DNA of 64,000 nucleotides. Source: a candidate division WOR-3 bacterium (GTDB taxonomy: Bacteria > Hydrothermota > Tepidihabitantia > B3-TA06). The notes below the pieces were generated by a model. It had not been told where the DNA came from. It did not search any database and worked only from the letters and a program-made list of their open reading frames with translations. Positions 20,281 to 29,108 of the stretch are shown here, one piece after another (the first letter of the stretch is position 1; each line of letters starts with the position of its first letter). The translations under genes were made by a program, and so were the position numbers. The DNA is taken from NCBI GenBank assembly GCA_965649265.1, contig CBFGKC010000003.1, positions 51,776-115,775 on the forward strand. The letters run 5' to 3'.

Positions 20281-20311
20281 CACTGCTCCCGTTGATGGTA
20301 GACTACGGCGG

Positions 20312-21622
20312 ATGATTACGAAGTTGCCCCTGAATAGAAGGATGTGGCTTTTACTGTTCGTCCTTGCTATTGCAGGATTGCAGATGTTTATGAAAATCGG
20401 ACCGTGGTTTTTTGTTGGAACAGGGATTTTTCTTGCATTGGCCGTAGGCTATACTGCTCTAACCGTCGGGAGGGAATACCCTCACGAACCTCCTGATCCG
20501 ACCTATCTTCCGTTCGTATCCATAATCATTCCTGCCCATAATGAAGAAAACGTAATCGGCCAGACGGTATTACAGGCCTTCAAGATTCGCTACAATAAAA
20601 AGGGCAAGCGAAATTACGAAGTCTGGGTGATTGACGATCGCTCTACCGACCGAACCAGAGATGTTCTGATTACTCTAAAGAAGAAACTTAGGGGCCTTCA
20701 CATTCTTTCCAGAAAGTATGATGCATTCCCGGGAAAATCGGCTGCTCTTAATGATTGTCTTCCTCTTACGAGGGGGGAGGTGTTGCTCATACTCGATGCG
20801 GACGCACACTTTTCTATTGATCTCATATCACAGGTGGTTCCTTTTTTGGCCGCGGGTGATATAGGAGGCGCACAGGTGGCCAAAAGGATAGCTAACCCCG
20901 AGACAAATGTACTTTGTTCCAGACAGGCAGATGAATACAAAATTGATATCAGTGTTCAGCTAGGTCGGGATACTGTAGGGGGAGCGGTCGAATTCAAAGG
21001 CAACGGAACTTTCATAAAACGCAGCGCTCTTGAAGCCGTCGGCGGATGGACCAACCACACACTTACAGATGATCTCGATCTTTCGACAAAGATGCTTCTC
21101 GGTGGCTACCGGATAAGATTCGTGCCCGATACGGCGGTCTGGGAACAGGCCGCACCCGATTTAAAAGGTTTTTTCAAGCAGAGACTAAGGTGGATCGAGG
21201 GCGGAATGATGAGATATCTCGAGTATCTCCCACGAATTTTCCGCGGACCGATGCAACCGCGTCAGCGTTTCGACATGATTATGTTTTTGCTTGAATATGC
21301 CGTTCCTGTGTACGTTCTTTTCGATCTCTTGTCTCAGTTTGTCTGGCAATTTACGCTCGGTTATTTACGACTCGGCAACCTTGGTCTGGTAATGCTTGCG
21401 ACCATTGTCACATTCGGCGGGAAGCTCATTTCCTCTTACATCCGAGAACGCAGATATAACTTTTGGCAGATACTGGGACGGACATTCCTGACCATGTTCT
21501 ACATGGGTCACTGGTTCCCGGTCGTCATTGCAGCCACATTCAACTTGATATTCGGTCTGGAATCGAGAACGTGGAAGAAAGTGAAAAGGGTAAAGGCCGA
21601 AGAAATAGTCAAAACCTCTTAA
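20312..21622 (+). CDS. GT2 glycosyltransferase, MgdA (monoglucosyl-diacylglycerol synthase)-like
   Basis: IPAHNEE, DDRSTD, GKSAALN, DAD, TDDLD, QRLRW; N- and C-terminal TMs. Confidence 0.85.
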   Translation: MITKLPLNRRMWLLLFVLAIAGLQMFMKIGPWFFVGTGIFLALAVGYTALTVGREYPHEPPDPTYLPFVSIIIPAHNEENVIGQTVLQAFKIRYNKKGKRNYEVWVIDDRSTDRTRDVLITLKKKLRGLHILSRKYDAFPGKSAALNDCLPLTRGEVLLILDADAHFSIDLISQVVPFLAAGDIGGAQVAKRIANPETNVLCSRQADEYKIDISVQLGRDTVGGAVEFKGNGTFIKRSALEAVGGWTNHTLTDDLDLSTKMLLGGYRIRFVPDTAVWEQAAPDLKGFFKQRLRWIEGGMMRYLEYLPRIFRGPMQPRQRFDMIMFLLEYAVPVYVLFDLLSQFVWQFTLGYLRLGNLGLVMLATIVTFGGKLISSYIRERRYNFWQILGRTFLTMFYMGHWFPVVIAATFNLIFGLESRTWKKVKRVKAEEIVKTS

Positions 21623-21632
21623 TCTCTTACAA

Positions 21633-21768
21633 TGTCGCGGATGATGTAAAATGACTACCGGGGGGATGCAATTATTATGTAAAATGCTTCAGTGTTTTTG
21701 AGGTTTGCTGACGTTTTGTTTTACTTTGCTAGACCGTTTTTAGGGTGCTTTTGCAGATGTTTTGTTTT
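21633..21768 (+). repeat. candidate prophage left end with transposase-binding / pac-like repeats
   Basis: Starts TGT; ATGTAAAATG at 21644 and 21677; TTTGCTGACGTTTTGTTTT(21704) vs TTTGCAGATGTTTTGTTTT(21750) 17/19 identical, partial copy at 21725. Confidence 0.55.
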
Positions 21769-24408
21769 TTAATGCCAACTGACTATTTTTTCGAGAAGTT
21801 TTAAACAATGATCATTGTCAGGTTCTTTTTCAAGACCAATGTTACAAAACTTTTTCGCTTGTTCTTGATCATGCATATTCATACACAACCACGCCACTCT
21901 TGAACAATCAACCCCATCTGCTTCTTCAATTCTCTTTTCCATTGCATCTACAAGAGGTCGAGCTAATCTTTCCTTTATGGTAACTTCCATGTTTGATAAT
22001 TCGACGCGAAAAAGTTGGTTAATTCTGTTTGCGGTATAGCTAATTATTGCAAACGGAATATCTGGAAGTAAACACCGTTCCACAAGGGCTTGGGCTTCAC
22101 CCTCCCAATCCACGGTAATACGACACAAATTAGCTAATCTTTTCCAGGCATCAAGTTGGTCATTTATTGATGAAGGTTTTTCAAGAAAGGTGCGTATTGC
22201 ATTTTTTGCCTTATTAAAATCACGAATGGGTCTTTCTTCGTACAGAGTAGCTATAAGTAACCATGCAGGAGTATAATTGCGAGCTATTAATTCTAACATT
22301 GGAAGGTGTTTATCTAATTCGGTGGCTTTTTTAGAAACCAAATCTGATATATACTTAAAGAGCCTCTGTATACGTGGCCCGAATCCGTGTCGGATATCTG
22401 ATTTTTGTGCTGCACCAAACATCCGAAGTAGCTGAGTATCAGTTTCTATAGCGCTTTTTTGGACACTTGTTCTTAGTTTACTGCTTCCAAATTGTGCTGC
22501 CGCTAATGGTACCGTTATGAAAATTTGTTTGTCTGCTTCCGATCGCATAATCTCGACCAATGAACTTCTAACCAGTTCGTCAATTCCTTCTTCAACATCC
22601 ATCTTCTCACTCTCAGGTCTACTGAGAAGAACTGCCTCTAATGCAAGTTTCGGAATGGTTGAACGCCAATTACACAAAGTAAGGAATACTCGATTTGCTA
22701 CCGGAGAAAGTCTTGTATATGTCCTTTCAAATAGAGCTTCCAATATCTCGCCTTTACCTGCAACAATTCTTTCGACAGATTCGAATTTTTGGGATTTTGC
22801 CATTTCTCCAAGTAGTATTTTGATAACATAAGGATGCCCATCGGATTCGTGGTACAATTCAGACTTGACTTTTTTGTCAAGGATATTATGTAACCCAAGA
22901 GGACCAGAAACAACATCAATAAGTTTTCCACTTTCTTCTTCGGTCATACCTCTAACTTCAAGAGGGTAGTCTGCTTTAAAGTCACTCCTCCGAGTAGTGA
23001 TAAGAACCTTGTTTGGGAGTCTTACATGTGCGTCAATCCATTTGTAAAGTTCCATGGGGTGTTCAATAGTTTCAAAATTATCAAACACAAAAAGTGTAGG
23101 TTTGAATCCTGTTGGAACTTCGTTTAATTGTTCAGCAAAAAAATCAACAGATCGAAAATCTTTCATTCGGAATTCGGGGGGCTTTACAAGACGAGTATAC
23201 TCATCCGCTATTTCATTCAATGTGACTACATGGGGTGCTACTGGTTTCGGGCCTTCTGGTAAAAGGTCAATGTCTCGAGCAGAAAACCAGACATTGACTT
23301 CAAATTTCCCTACTTCTGATATACGATGAAGTACAGTCAGTGCCAACCAAGTTTTACCTATACCGCCTCTTCCCCTTAGAGATACGATTGGGTGCCTATC
23401 GTCCATAAGCACCCGGTACAATTCCTCTTCTAGTTCTTTTCTTTCAATGTAATCTGGTTGTTGCGGAGGAAGGTTCCCGAGCCCTTTCCCTTGCACATCA
23501 AATTCTCCAAGGCCCTGCGTATCACTTTGGGGTAATGAAGATGCAGGTCGAGAATATTTTGAACCATCTTTGTCGGGATTCTCACCCGTGATATAAGAAA
23601 GGGTTTCAAATCGGTTGTCTTTAAAACTTCCATTCGGGTAGAAAAAATCTCTTGCATCAGGGTCAGACTCTATTAATTCAACATGGCTTGGTGAAGAATA
23701 CCCGAAGTGAACATATACACCATCTTCGAAATGAGGTAAATTAACCGCACCGCTTTTTCTTTTTAGATAGTCAAAACTTGTGGTGTTTCTAGACCAAGAA
23801 GTGACTCGGTAGGCATAGTGAAGATTACGGCGTAGGTAAGCCCATGGTCTTTCAAATAAGGAGTAATTATTACAGAGGATTAATATTGATTTATAGAGAT
23901 CAGGGCCTAGCGGACAGCAGACGCTCGTAAGTAATGCCCCATGTCCCTTTGTCTTATTTCTAAAAGTGGAAAAATATGAAAACCACATTCGCCCGCTAAC
24001 CTGATTTGGCAAATCTAAAGACTCAGACCCAATTGCCTTCAAGCATTTATGCATAAGCGCGACTGCGTCATATTGCCACTCCCCATCTTTATGTTTTTGG
24101 GTTAGTTCATTTCGTTCATTCCTTACTTCGATTGGAAGAAGCTGAGCTGTTTTTCCAGTATAGCTAAGAATTTCATCAATCGCATCGCTCCATGTACCCA
24201 CGCCACCAGCACGAACTAAATTGTATACTTGTAGGTATTTATGTCTTTCTTGATCTTCACCCATTGCAGCAACAAGTCCTGCGGCGACAGTTTTGGTCAA
24301 CATTTCTCCGAAGAGGAGCAAATCTGAGAAAAAGGTCATATCCGAGTCTTCACGTGCTCTTTCAACTCGTTCATTCATGCGGTCGAAAGGAAGAAACCCT
24401 AAACTCAT
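21769..24408 (-). CDS. STAND (NB-ARC) ATPase with N-terminal HEPN-like domain and C-terminal TPR-like repeats; putative anti-phage moron
   Basis: GRGGIGKT, LFVFDNFE, VLITTR, GHP, winged helix; RNKTKGH motif; AT-rich. Confidence 0.8.
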   Translation of the reverse strand: MSLGFLPFDRMNERVERAREDSDMTFFSDLLLFGEMLTKTVAAGLVAAMGEDQERHKYLQVYNLVRAGGVGTWSDAIDEILSYTGKTAQLLPIEVRNERNELTQKHKDGEWQYDAVALMHKCLKAIGSESLDLPNQVSGRMWFSYFSTFRNKTKGHGALLTSVCCPLGPDLYKSILILCNNYSLFERPWAYLRRNLHYAYRVTSWSRNTTSFDYLKRKSGAVNLPHFEDGVYVHFGYSSPSHVELIESDPDARDFFYPNGSFKDNRFETLSYITGENPDKDGSKYSRPASSLPQSDTQGLGEFDVQGKGLGNLPPQQPDYIERKELEEELYRVLMDDRHPIVSLRGRGGIGKTWLALTVLHRISEVGKFEVNVWFSARDIDLLPEGPKPVAPHVVTLNEIADEYTRLVKPPEFRMKDFRSVDFFAEQLNEVPTGFKPTLFVFDNFETIEHPMELYKWIDAHVRLPNKVLITTRRSDFKADYPLEVRGMTEEESGKLIDVVSGPLGLHNILDKKVKSELYHESDGHPYVIKILLGEMAKSQKFESVERIVAGKGEILEALFERTYTRLSPVANRVFLTLCNWRSTIPKLALEAVLLSRPESEKMDVEEGIDELVRSSLVEIMRSEADKQIFITVPLAAAQFGSSKLRTSVQKSAIETDTQLLRMFGAAQKSDIRHGFGPRIQRLFKYISDLVSKKATELDKHLPMLELIARNYTPAWLLIATLYEERPIRDFNKAKNAIRTFLEKPSSINDQLDAWKRLANLCRITVDWEGEAQALVERCLLPDIPFAIISYTANRINQLFRVELSNMEVTIKERLARPLVDAMEKRIEEADGVDCSRVAWLCMNMHDQEQAKKFCNIGLEKEPDNDHCLKLLEKIVSWH

Positions 24409-24565
24409 TATTCGCCTCTTGCTTCTGAAAGGACTTTATAATATAATTTTAAATTGAATGGCAGGATATAATAAAAAAGATCGACGATCTTCAAAGCAAT
24501 ATTATGCCCCAAGATATTTCGATTGTTTTCAACTTTAAACCGGTCGCCCCAGTAACCCATAATAT

Positions 24566-24594
24566 ATAATAACTAAAGTCAGTTATTTTGTCAA
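24566..24594 (-). promoter_or_regulatory. sigma70 promoter of the STAND moron
   Basis: TTGACA(24594)-17-TATTAT on the minus strand. Confidence 0.55.
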
Positions 24595-24628
24595 GCCTTG
24601 TCCCCGATCACACTCGTTATTCTTTCAC

Positions 24629-25549
24629 TCACTCCGACCTCCCCTGGAAGGACTTCTCTTCACGACAGAGTTCCAAAGCTCTTTTGTTCCGCCACACGAT
24701 CTCTATCCTTTCACTTCGTTTCTTTCCTTCGGCCTTCTTTGTCAACGACGCAAAACAATAGGTTTTGAAAATGGACTTATCCCATTTTGCCTTCTCCAAT
24801 GGGGCGTATAACGGATTGTCGTATCCTGAAAGGACAACTGCACCTTTAATCTTCAATAATACTGTAATCAATTCCTTGTGGTGCTCGTCATCCATTTCGT
24901 GTCTGTAACTACCGCTCTTTCGAGTACTATGAACATACGGAGGATCCAAGTAGAAGACTGTATCTTTAGAGTCCCACTTTTGGATCACATCAAGGGCATT
25001 TCTATTTTCTATTTGAACGCAAGTCAGACGTTTATGCCACCAATATAACGCGGCCAATCTTATTCTCCAACCTTGTGTTTTCTTGCAGCGGTTACCATCT
25101 GGTGTTACTGCACGAGCCCAACTTGCCTTATGGTGATCGACACTACCGCTAATGCCTTGATTCTGAGCTACAAAAAGTGCCCAAGCTCGATCATCAAGTG
25201 AAGATTCTTGATCTTTTAAAACCTCAACAGCCTTTTCGTATTCCTTTCGTGCGTAAAGTGTCCAGACCACTCTGTGCGCCAGCTTGTCGAATCTCTTTTG
25301 ATCCTGAAGCGCTCGAAAAAGAGCCACCAGGTTTTCGTCTAGGTCATTATAGACTTCAATTGCCACTGGTTCTCTGTGAAAAAGAATGTTAGCCGCGCCT
25401 CCGTAAGGTTCGACATATACTTTTCCTTTCGGTATCAGTGGTATCAATTTATCTGCGATCAGTCCCTTACCCCCGAACCAAATTAGTGGCGCGACGGTTC
25501 GTCTTGATTTGGGTAAGGCACTAATGATGAAGTGTGTAAAGTAATGCAT
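24629..25549 (-). CDS. DNA N6-adenine methyltransferase (D12/Dam class)
   Basis: WFGGK, YVEPYGGAA, EVYND, FYLDPPY, VLSGY. Confidence 0.92.
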   Translation of the reverse strand: MHYFTHFIISALPKSRRTVAPLIWFGGKGLIADKLIPLIPKGKVYVEPYGGAANILFHREPVAIEVYNDLDENLVALFRALQDQKRFDKLAHRVVWTLYARKEYEKAVEVLKDQESSLDDRAWALFVAQNQGISGSVDHHKASWARAVTPDGNRCKKTQGWRIRLAALYWWHKRLTCVQIENRNALDVIQKWDSKDTVFYLDPPYVHSTRKSGSYRHEMDDEHHKELITVLLKIKGAVVLSGYDNPLYAPLEKAKWDKSIFKTYCFASLTKKAEGKKRSERIEIVWRNKRALELCREEKSFQGRSE

Positions 25550-25573
25550 ATCCTTCCTTTCTTCCCCCTCAGT

Positions 25574-27106
25574 TTAGCCTTTAAATACTCTCGCTATGCC
25601 CCCTGCGAATCTCTCGACTACAGAAAAAACTCTACGTTTGAGTGACTGAATTCTGATTCTTCGTCTGCCCATACCTATTCCCTCAATCTCCAATTTCATC
25701 ATACCGGCCACAAGAGCGTCTGGAAAGTGATCTTCTTTCTTCACTATGTGGCCGCCCTCGTCCCTTCTCCACCTGCGCAACTGCCTCAAAAGCATGTGCT
25801 CCGAAGGTCTGATTCCTATCTTTCCCTTTTCAAATAGGTAAGCCAGATTCGAGACGCCTTCCTCTTTGAATGTATTGAATACGACGCCCAGAGTTGCATC
25901 AGGGTCTTCCGGTTTCGAACTCCAAACGGCGAATCCTTCGTCGCGCATTCTCTTGTTCTCGAACGGATGCGAGGAGTCGCCGAATACTTCGCGCACTCCC
26001 CAAAGATCGCGAAGTTTCCTAAGCTTTTCTACTATCGGATCGATCCCGTGTCTCGAAAACATTTCAGTGTGACGCACGAATACCGTATCCCCGGCTATAC
26101 CGAGGATCACCACGGCCGTCATGCTGGCAAATCCCCAGTCGATACAGAACCAGGAGTAGTCGAACTGGACAGGAAAGCCTCGACTTCCCAAATCTATGGC
26201 TCTGTCAATGTCCGGAATCTGGATCACCAGGCCGGTGGAAGCCGGCCGCATACCCATTATTTCGACCTCGAATGTGTCCTTCGGAGAATCCTTCCACTCG
26301 CCTACGATCTCGTTGACGTCTATCCATCCGTTAGAACGCTTCGCTTTCCCCTTGCAGTATTTATCTTTGAACTCCGGCACCGGGCAGTTCTCGCATTCGT
26401 AGGCGCAGGGTTTCGCGATATCGAAGCTGTCCCAGGAGAAGAGTTCGTACCCCAATTCCTTGTGATTTTCGACGAGATCTGGGAAACTGCCTGTAAGCTT
26501 GTGATACGTGGACATGCGAAGGATGATCGCAGGTTTCGCGGTACGTACCGTATAGCGGGCGGCTTTCATGACATCATCGTCGGTTTCCGCTTCTTCGTCG
26601 ATGATGAGAAGGGCGCCGCGCTTGCCCCGTCCCAGGTGCATGCCTCTAATCGACTTCGGAGAGGCGGTCTTCGCCACGATCCGGTTGCCGGTCTTCCCGA
26701 CGAGATCGCTGTGGCGTATCCGTTCTACGGCGTCGCTCAACTGTTCTTCCTCTTCCGCAAGGTCGAGCCAGTCGGTGATGTATCCGAAGAGGGTCAAGGC
26801 CTGGGTCTCTGAGCCAGCGACTATCCCGACATCATAATCCTTGAAGAGAAAGAAAGCGGTCGCGATAATGGCAGCCCCGAAAGTTTTTCCTCCTCCTCGT
26901 GGGCCGAGCGCGACGGCTTTCAAGACTTCGGTTGAATAAAGCTGGTTGAACATCCTTTCGAACGTAGGAAAGAAATTGATGCCGCGTTCCTTGAAGAACA
27001 ACTGAGGGTCTTTCTTGTAGACGTTCTCGTGACGCTTAAGGAGACTGACTGCATCGACCAGGAGACTTCGTCTGACCTCTTGTAGATTGAGCGTTTCCTC
27101 AGGCAC
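25574..27106 (-). CDS. terL: terminase large subunit
   Basis: GPRGGGKT Walker A, LIIDEEAE Walker B, nuclease IDWG and DHFPDAL. Confidence 0.88.
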   Translation of the reverse strand: MPEETLNLQEVRRSLLVDAVSLLKRHENVYKKDPQLFFKERGINFFPTFERMFNQLYSTEVLKAVALGPRGGGKTFGAAIIATAFFLFKDYDVGIVAGSETQALTLFGYITDWLDLAEEEEQLSDAVERIRHSDLVGKTGNRIVAKTASPKSIRGMHLGRGKRGALLIIDEEAETDDDVMKAARYTVRTAKPAIILRMSTYHKLTGSFPDLVENHKELGYELFSWDSFDIAKPCAYECENCPVPEFKDKYCKGKAKRSNGWIDVNEIVGEWKDSPKDTFEVEIMGMRPASTGLVIQIPDIDRAIDLGSRGFPVQFDYSWFCIDWGFASMTAVVILGIAGDTVFVRHTEMFSRHGIDPIVEKLRKLRDLWGVREVFGDSSHPFENKRMRDEGFAVWSSKPEDPDATLGVVFNTFKEEGVSNLAYLFEKGKIGIRPSEHMLLRQLRRWRRDEGGHIVKKEDHFPDALVAGMMKLEIEGIGMGRRRIRIQSLKRRVFSVVERFAGGIARVFKG

Positions 27107-27656
27107 CAGAGCCTCTATTCAGAGCCTTCAGCCTTCTTTCGAGTTCATTGAAGATCTCGTCTTGCTTTTCAGTAAAAGCAGTACCCAGCAGTCTTCTAAG
27201 TATCTCCACGAAGGGTTCCATTGCCGATTCGAGGATTTTTCTTACGTTCGGACCCTTCGATTGCCCCTCCATGATCTTCAAACGCTCGCGTTCCAGTTCA
27301 ACCAGTGCATAGATCGCCTGTCCGGGCGAGAGTCTGACCCCTTCCTTGACTTGCTGCAGATACTGATCATAGGTCGTATTGATTAGCTTCGAGTACCTTT
27401 CGAGTGTACTCAACTTCTCGTCAACGACTCTGGCTCTTAGTTTCTCGGCGAGGTCGGACTTGGCTATCTCATCCTGGGCTTCCCAATCGTCCTCAATACG
27501 CCACTGGTCGATGGTTCGTGTTGTCGGTCCCTGAATTTTGAGCTTCTTGCGGCAGTAATCGTCGAGTTGTGCGGCTATCTGGGGTCTGGAAAAGCCTTTT
27601 CCATGAAGGGTATATGCGAGGGTTCGTATTTCCGGAGGGTATTTCTTACTTGCCAT
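27099..27656 (-). CDS. putative terminase small subunit
   Basis: N-terminal HTH (GFSRPQIA...TIDQW...W) plus helical body; directly upstream of and overlapping terL. Confidence 0.65.
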   Translation of the reverse strand: MASKKYPPEIRTLAYTLHGKGFSRPQIAAQLDDYCRKKLKIQGPTTRTIDQWRIEDDWEAQDEIAKSDLAEKLRARVVDEKLSTLERYSKLINTTYDQYLQQVKEGVRLSPGQAIYALVELERERLKIMEGQSKGPNVRKILESAMEPFVEILRRLLGTAFTEKQDEIFNELERRLKALNRGSGA

Positions 27657-27894
27657 TTTGGTGTTTTTCAGTCTCGACAAGCGAATGTAGACTTTTCAAG
27701 GCCTTCTCTTTATAAAGTTCGTGCAGTTCCTCCTCTCTCGATTCAAGCAATTTCCTGTATTTGGCAATCTCCTCGTCTTTCTCTTTGTCTATTCGGATTC
27801 TTGTTTCTTGAAGAACTTTCCATAAGGCCACGACAGCTACGATCAAAGTTGAAAGGGGGATTCCGAAGTCTTTGACCAGAGACAGAATATCCAA
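27646..27894 (-). CDS. holin/antiholin-like single-TM coiled-coil protein
   Basis: N-terminal TM (FGIPLSTLIVAVVALW) then charged coil; near the endolysin. Confidence 0.5.
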   Translation of the reverse strand: MDILSLVKDFGIPLSTLIVAVVALWKVLQETRIRIDKEKDEEIAKYRKLLESREEELHELYKEKALKSLHSLVETEKHQNGK

Positions 27895-27903
27895 ATTCCA
27901 CCC

Positions 27904-28173
27904 CTAGCCCTGGAGTTTCTTCAGGACCTCATCCGCTTTCTCGCAATCGGCGTTGCGCAGAATTGAATAAGCACTCACGTCAGAGAAAAACTGCGCATCG
28001 GAAGTCTGACGATCCTTATATGCCTGGAGTCCCTGAACGAGATTGTTTTCGGCGCTTTCGACAGCGGTTAAGGCGCTTTTGGGATCTTTGCCCTCGGAGC
28101 ATTTCTTCCTTGCAAGGGATATTGCCTCGAGGGCCCTGGCGAAATATTCTATGGGTTGAGGTTTTCTTGCCAT
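27904..28173 (-). CDS. hypothetical phage protein
   Basis: GGAGG RBS before ATG 28173; fills the operon. Confidence 0.55.
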   Translation of the reverse strand: MARKPQPIEYFARALEAISLARKKCSEGKDPKSALTAVESAENNLVQGLQAYKDRQTSDAQFFSDVSAYSILRNADCEKADEVLKKLQG

Positions 28174-28175
28174 TC

Positions 28176-29108
28176 TTATCCTCCAAATGCGAGTTGTTTG
28201 AGTTTTAACCAACTCTCCTTGCCGCATACCCCGTCTGGCTTGAGGCCGTTAGCCTCTTGAAATTCAATGAAAGCGTTTTGCGTCTTCGTCATCCAGTCAC
28301 CGTCGACCTTTCCTGGATCGTGGTGCAGTGTCTTCAGTAATTCCTGAAGCCTGCGAACCGGACCGAAATCAGTCAGATCGCGAATCCCCATCCTCAGCGT
28401 CGGATCGAACCTTGGGGGTCCGTACGTATGTCTTGCTGCTTGCGAAAATTCACTGTAGTCGTTCATACCCCATAGAGTGAGGATGACGGGCGTTCCTTTG
28501 GGATGATCCTCGAACCAGGCAAGGAACGTTTTCCAAGGCTCGCCTTCCCAGCTGCCACAGGGCCCTACGCAGCCCGCGCTGTAATCGAAAATGCTGGGGT
28601 CGGTCTGTTTTCCCATGGGATGGAACCACTGTCCTATCGCATCGGTACGGGGTATCTCGTCAACGTCCTGGGTGTAACGGTTTCCCTGGTTCTTTCTGTC
28701 TCGCCAGAAACGGGTCTTGCCGGCTACACCTTGAAGCACAAGTCGTCCGTCCTTCGGTCTGTTCGTAGCCTCGAATGGATGCTGTCCCCAGCACAGATTC
28801 GCGGCACCTTCGGGATTGGCCTTCTCCGTCTCGGTATAAAGCCTTCCTGGAGCGGACGTGCCGTAAGACGCAAAAATCTCTTTCTGTTTAGTCAGTGGAT
28901 TTATCCTAGCCAGTACGCAGGTGTCGTTGTACTTGTCCGGCTCGTTGTCGTTCGAGGATATTCTTTGGAGATCTGTACCTTCCCTTTCCGGCGTAGCGCC
29001 CTGTATGAAAATGATGTTGACGGCTCCCGGATCGTCGTTCCACTTGCCGCATAATCCTTGTCTAACGAACCGTTCGAGGTAGCCGTAGTCGAGATTCTCG
29101 GAAAGCAT
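28176..29108 (-). CDS. endolysin with C-terminal PG_binding_1 domain and H...SxGC catalytic domain
   Basis: VRRLQELL...VDGD...T..A...FQ...GLKPDGVCG; WFHP...YSAGC. Confidence 0.75.
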   Translation of the reverse strand: MLSENLDYGYLERFVRQGLCGKWNDDPGAVNIIFIQGATPEREGTDLQRISSNDNEPDKYNDTCVLARINPLTKQKEIFASYGTSAPGRLYTETEKANPEGAANLCWGQHPFEATNRPKDGRLVLQGVAGKTRFWRDRKNQGNRYTQDVDEIPRTDAIGQWFHPMGKQTDPSIFDYSAGCVGPCGSWEGEPWKTFLAWFEDHPKGTPVILTLWGMNDYSEFSQAARHTYGPPRFDPTLRMGIRDLTDFGPVRRLQELLKTLHHDPGKVDGDWMTKTQNAFIEFQEANGLKPDGVCGKESWLKLKQLAFGG

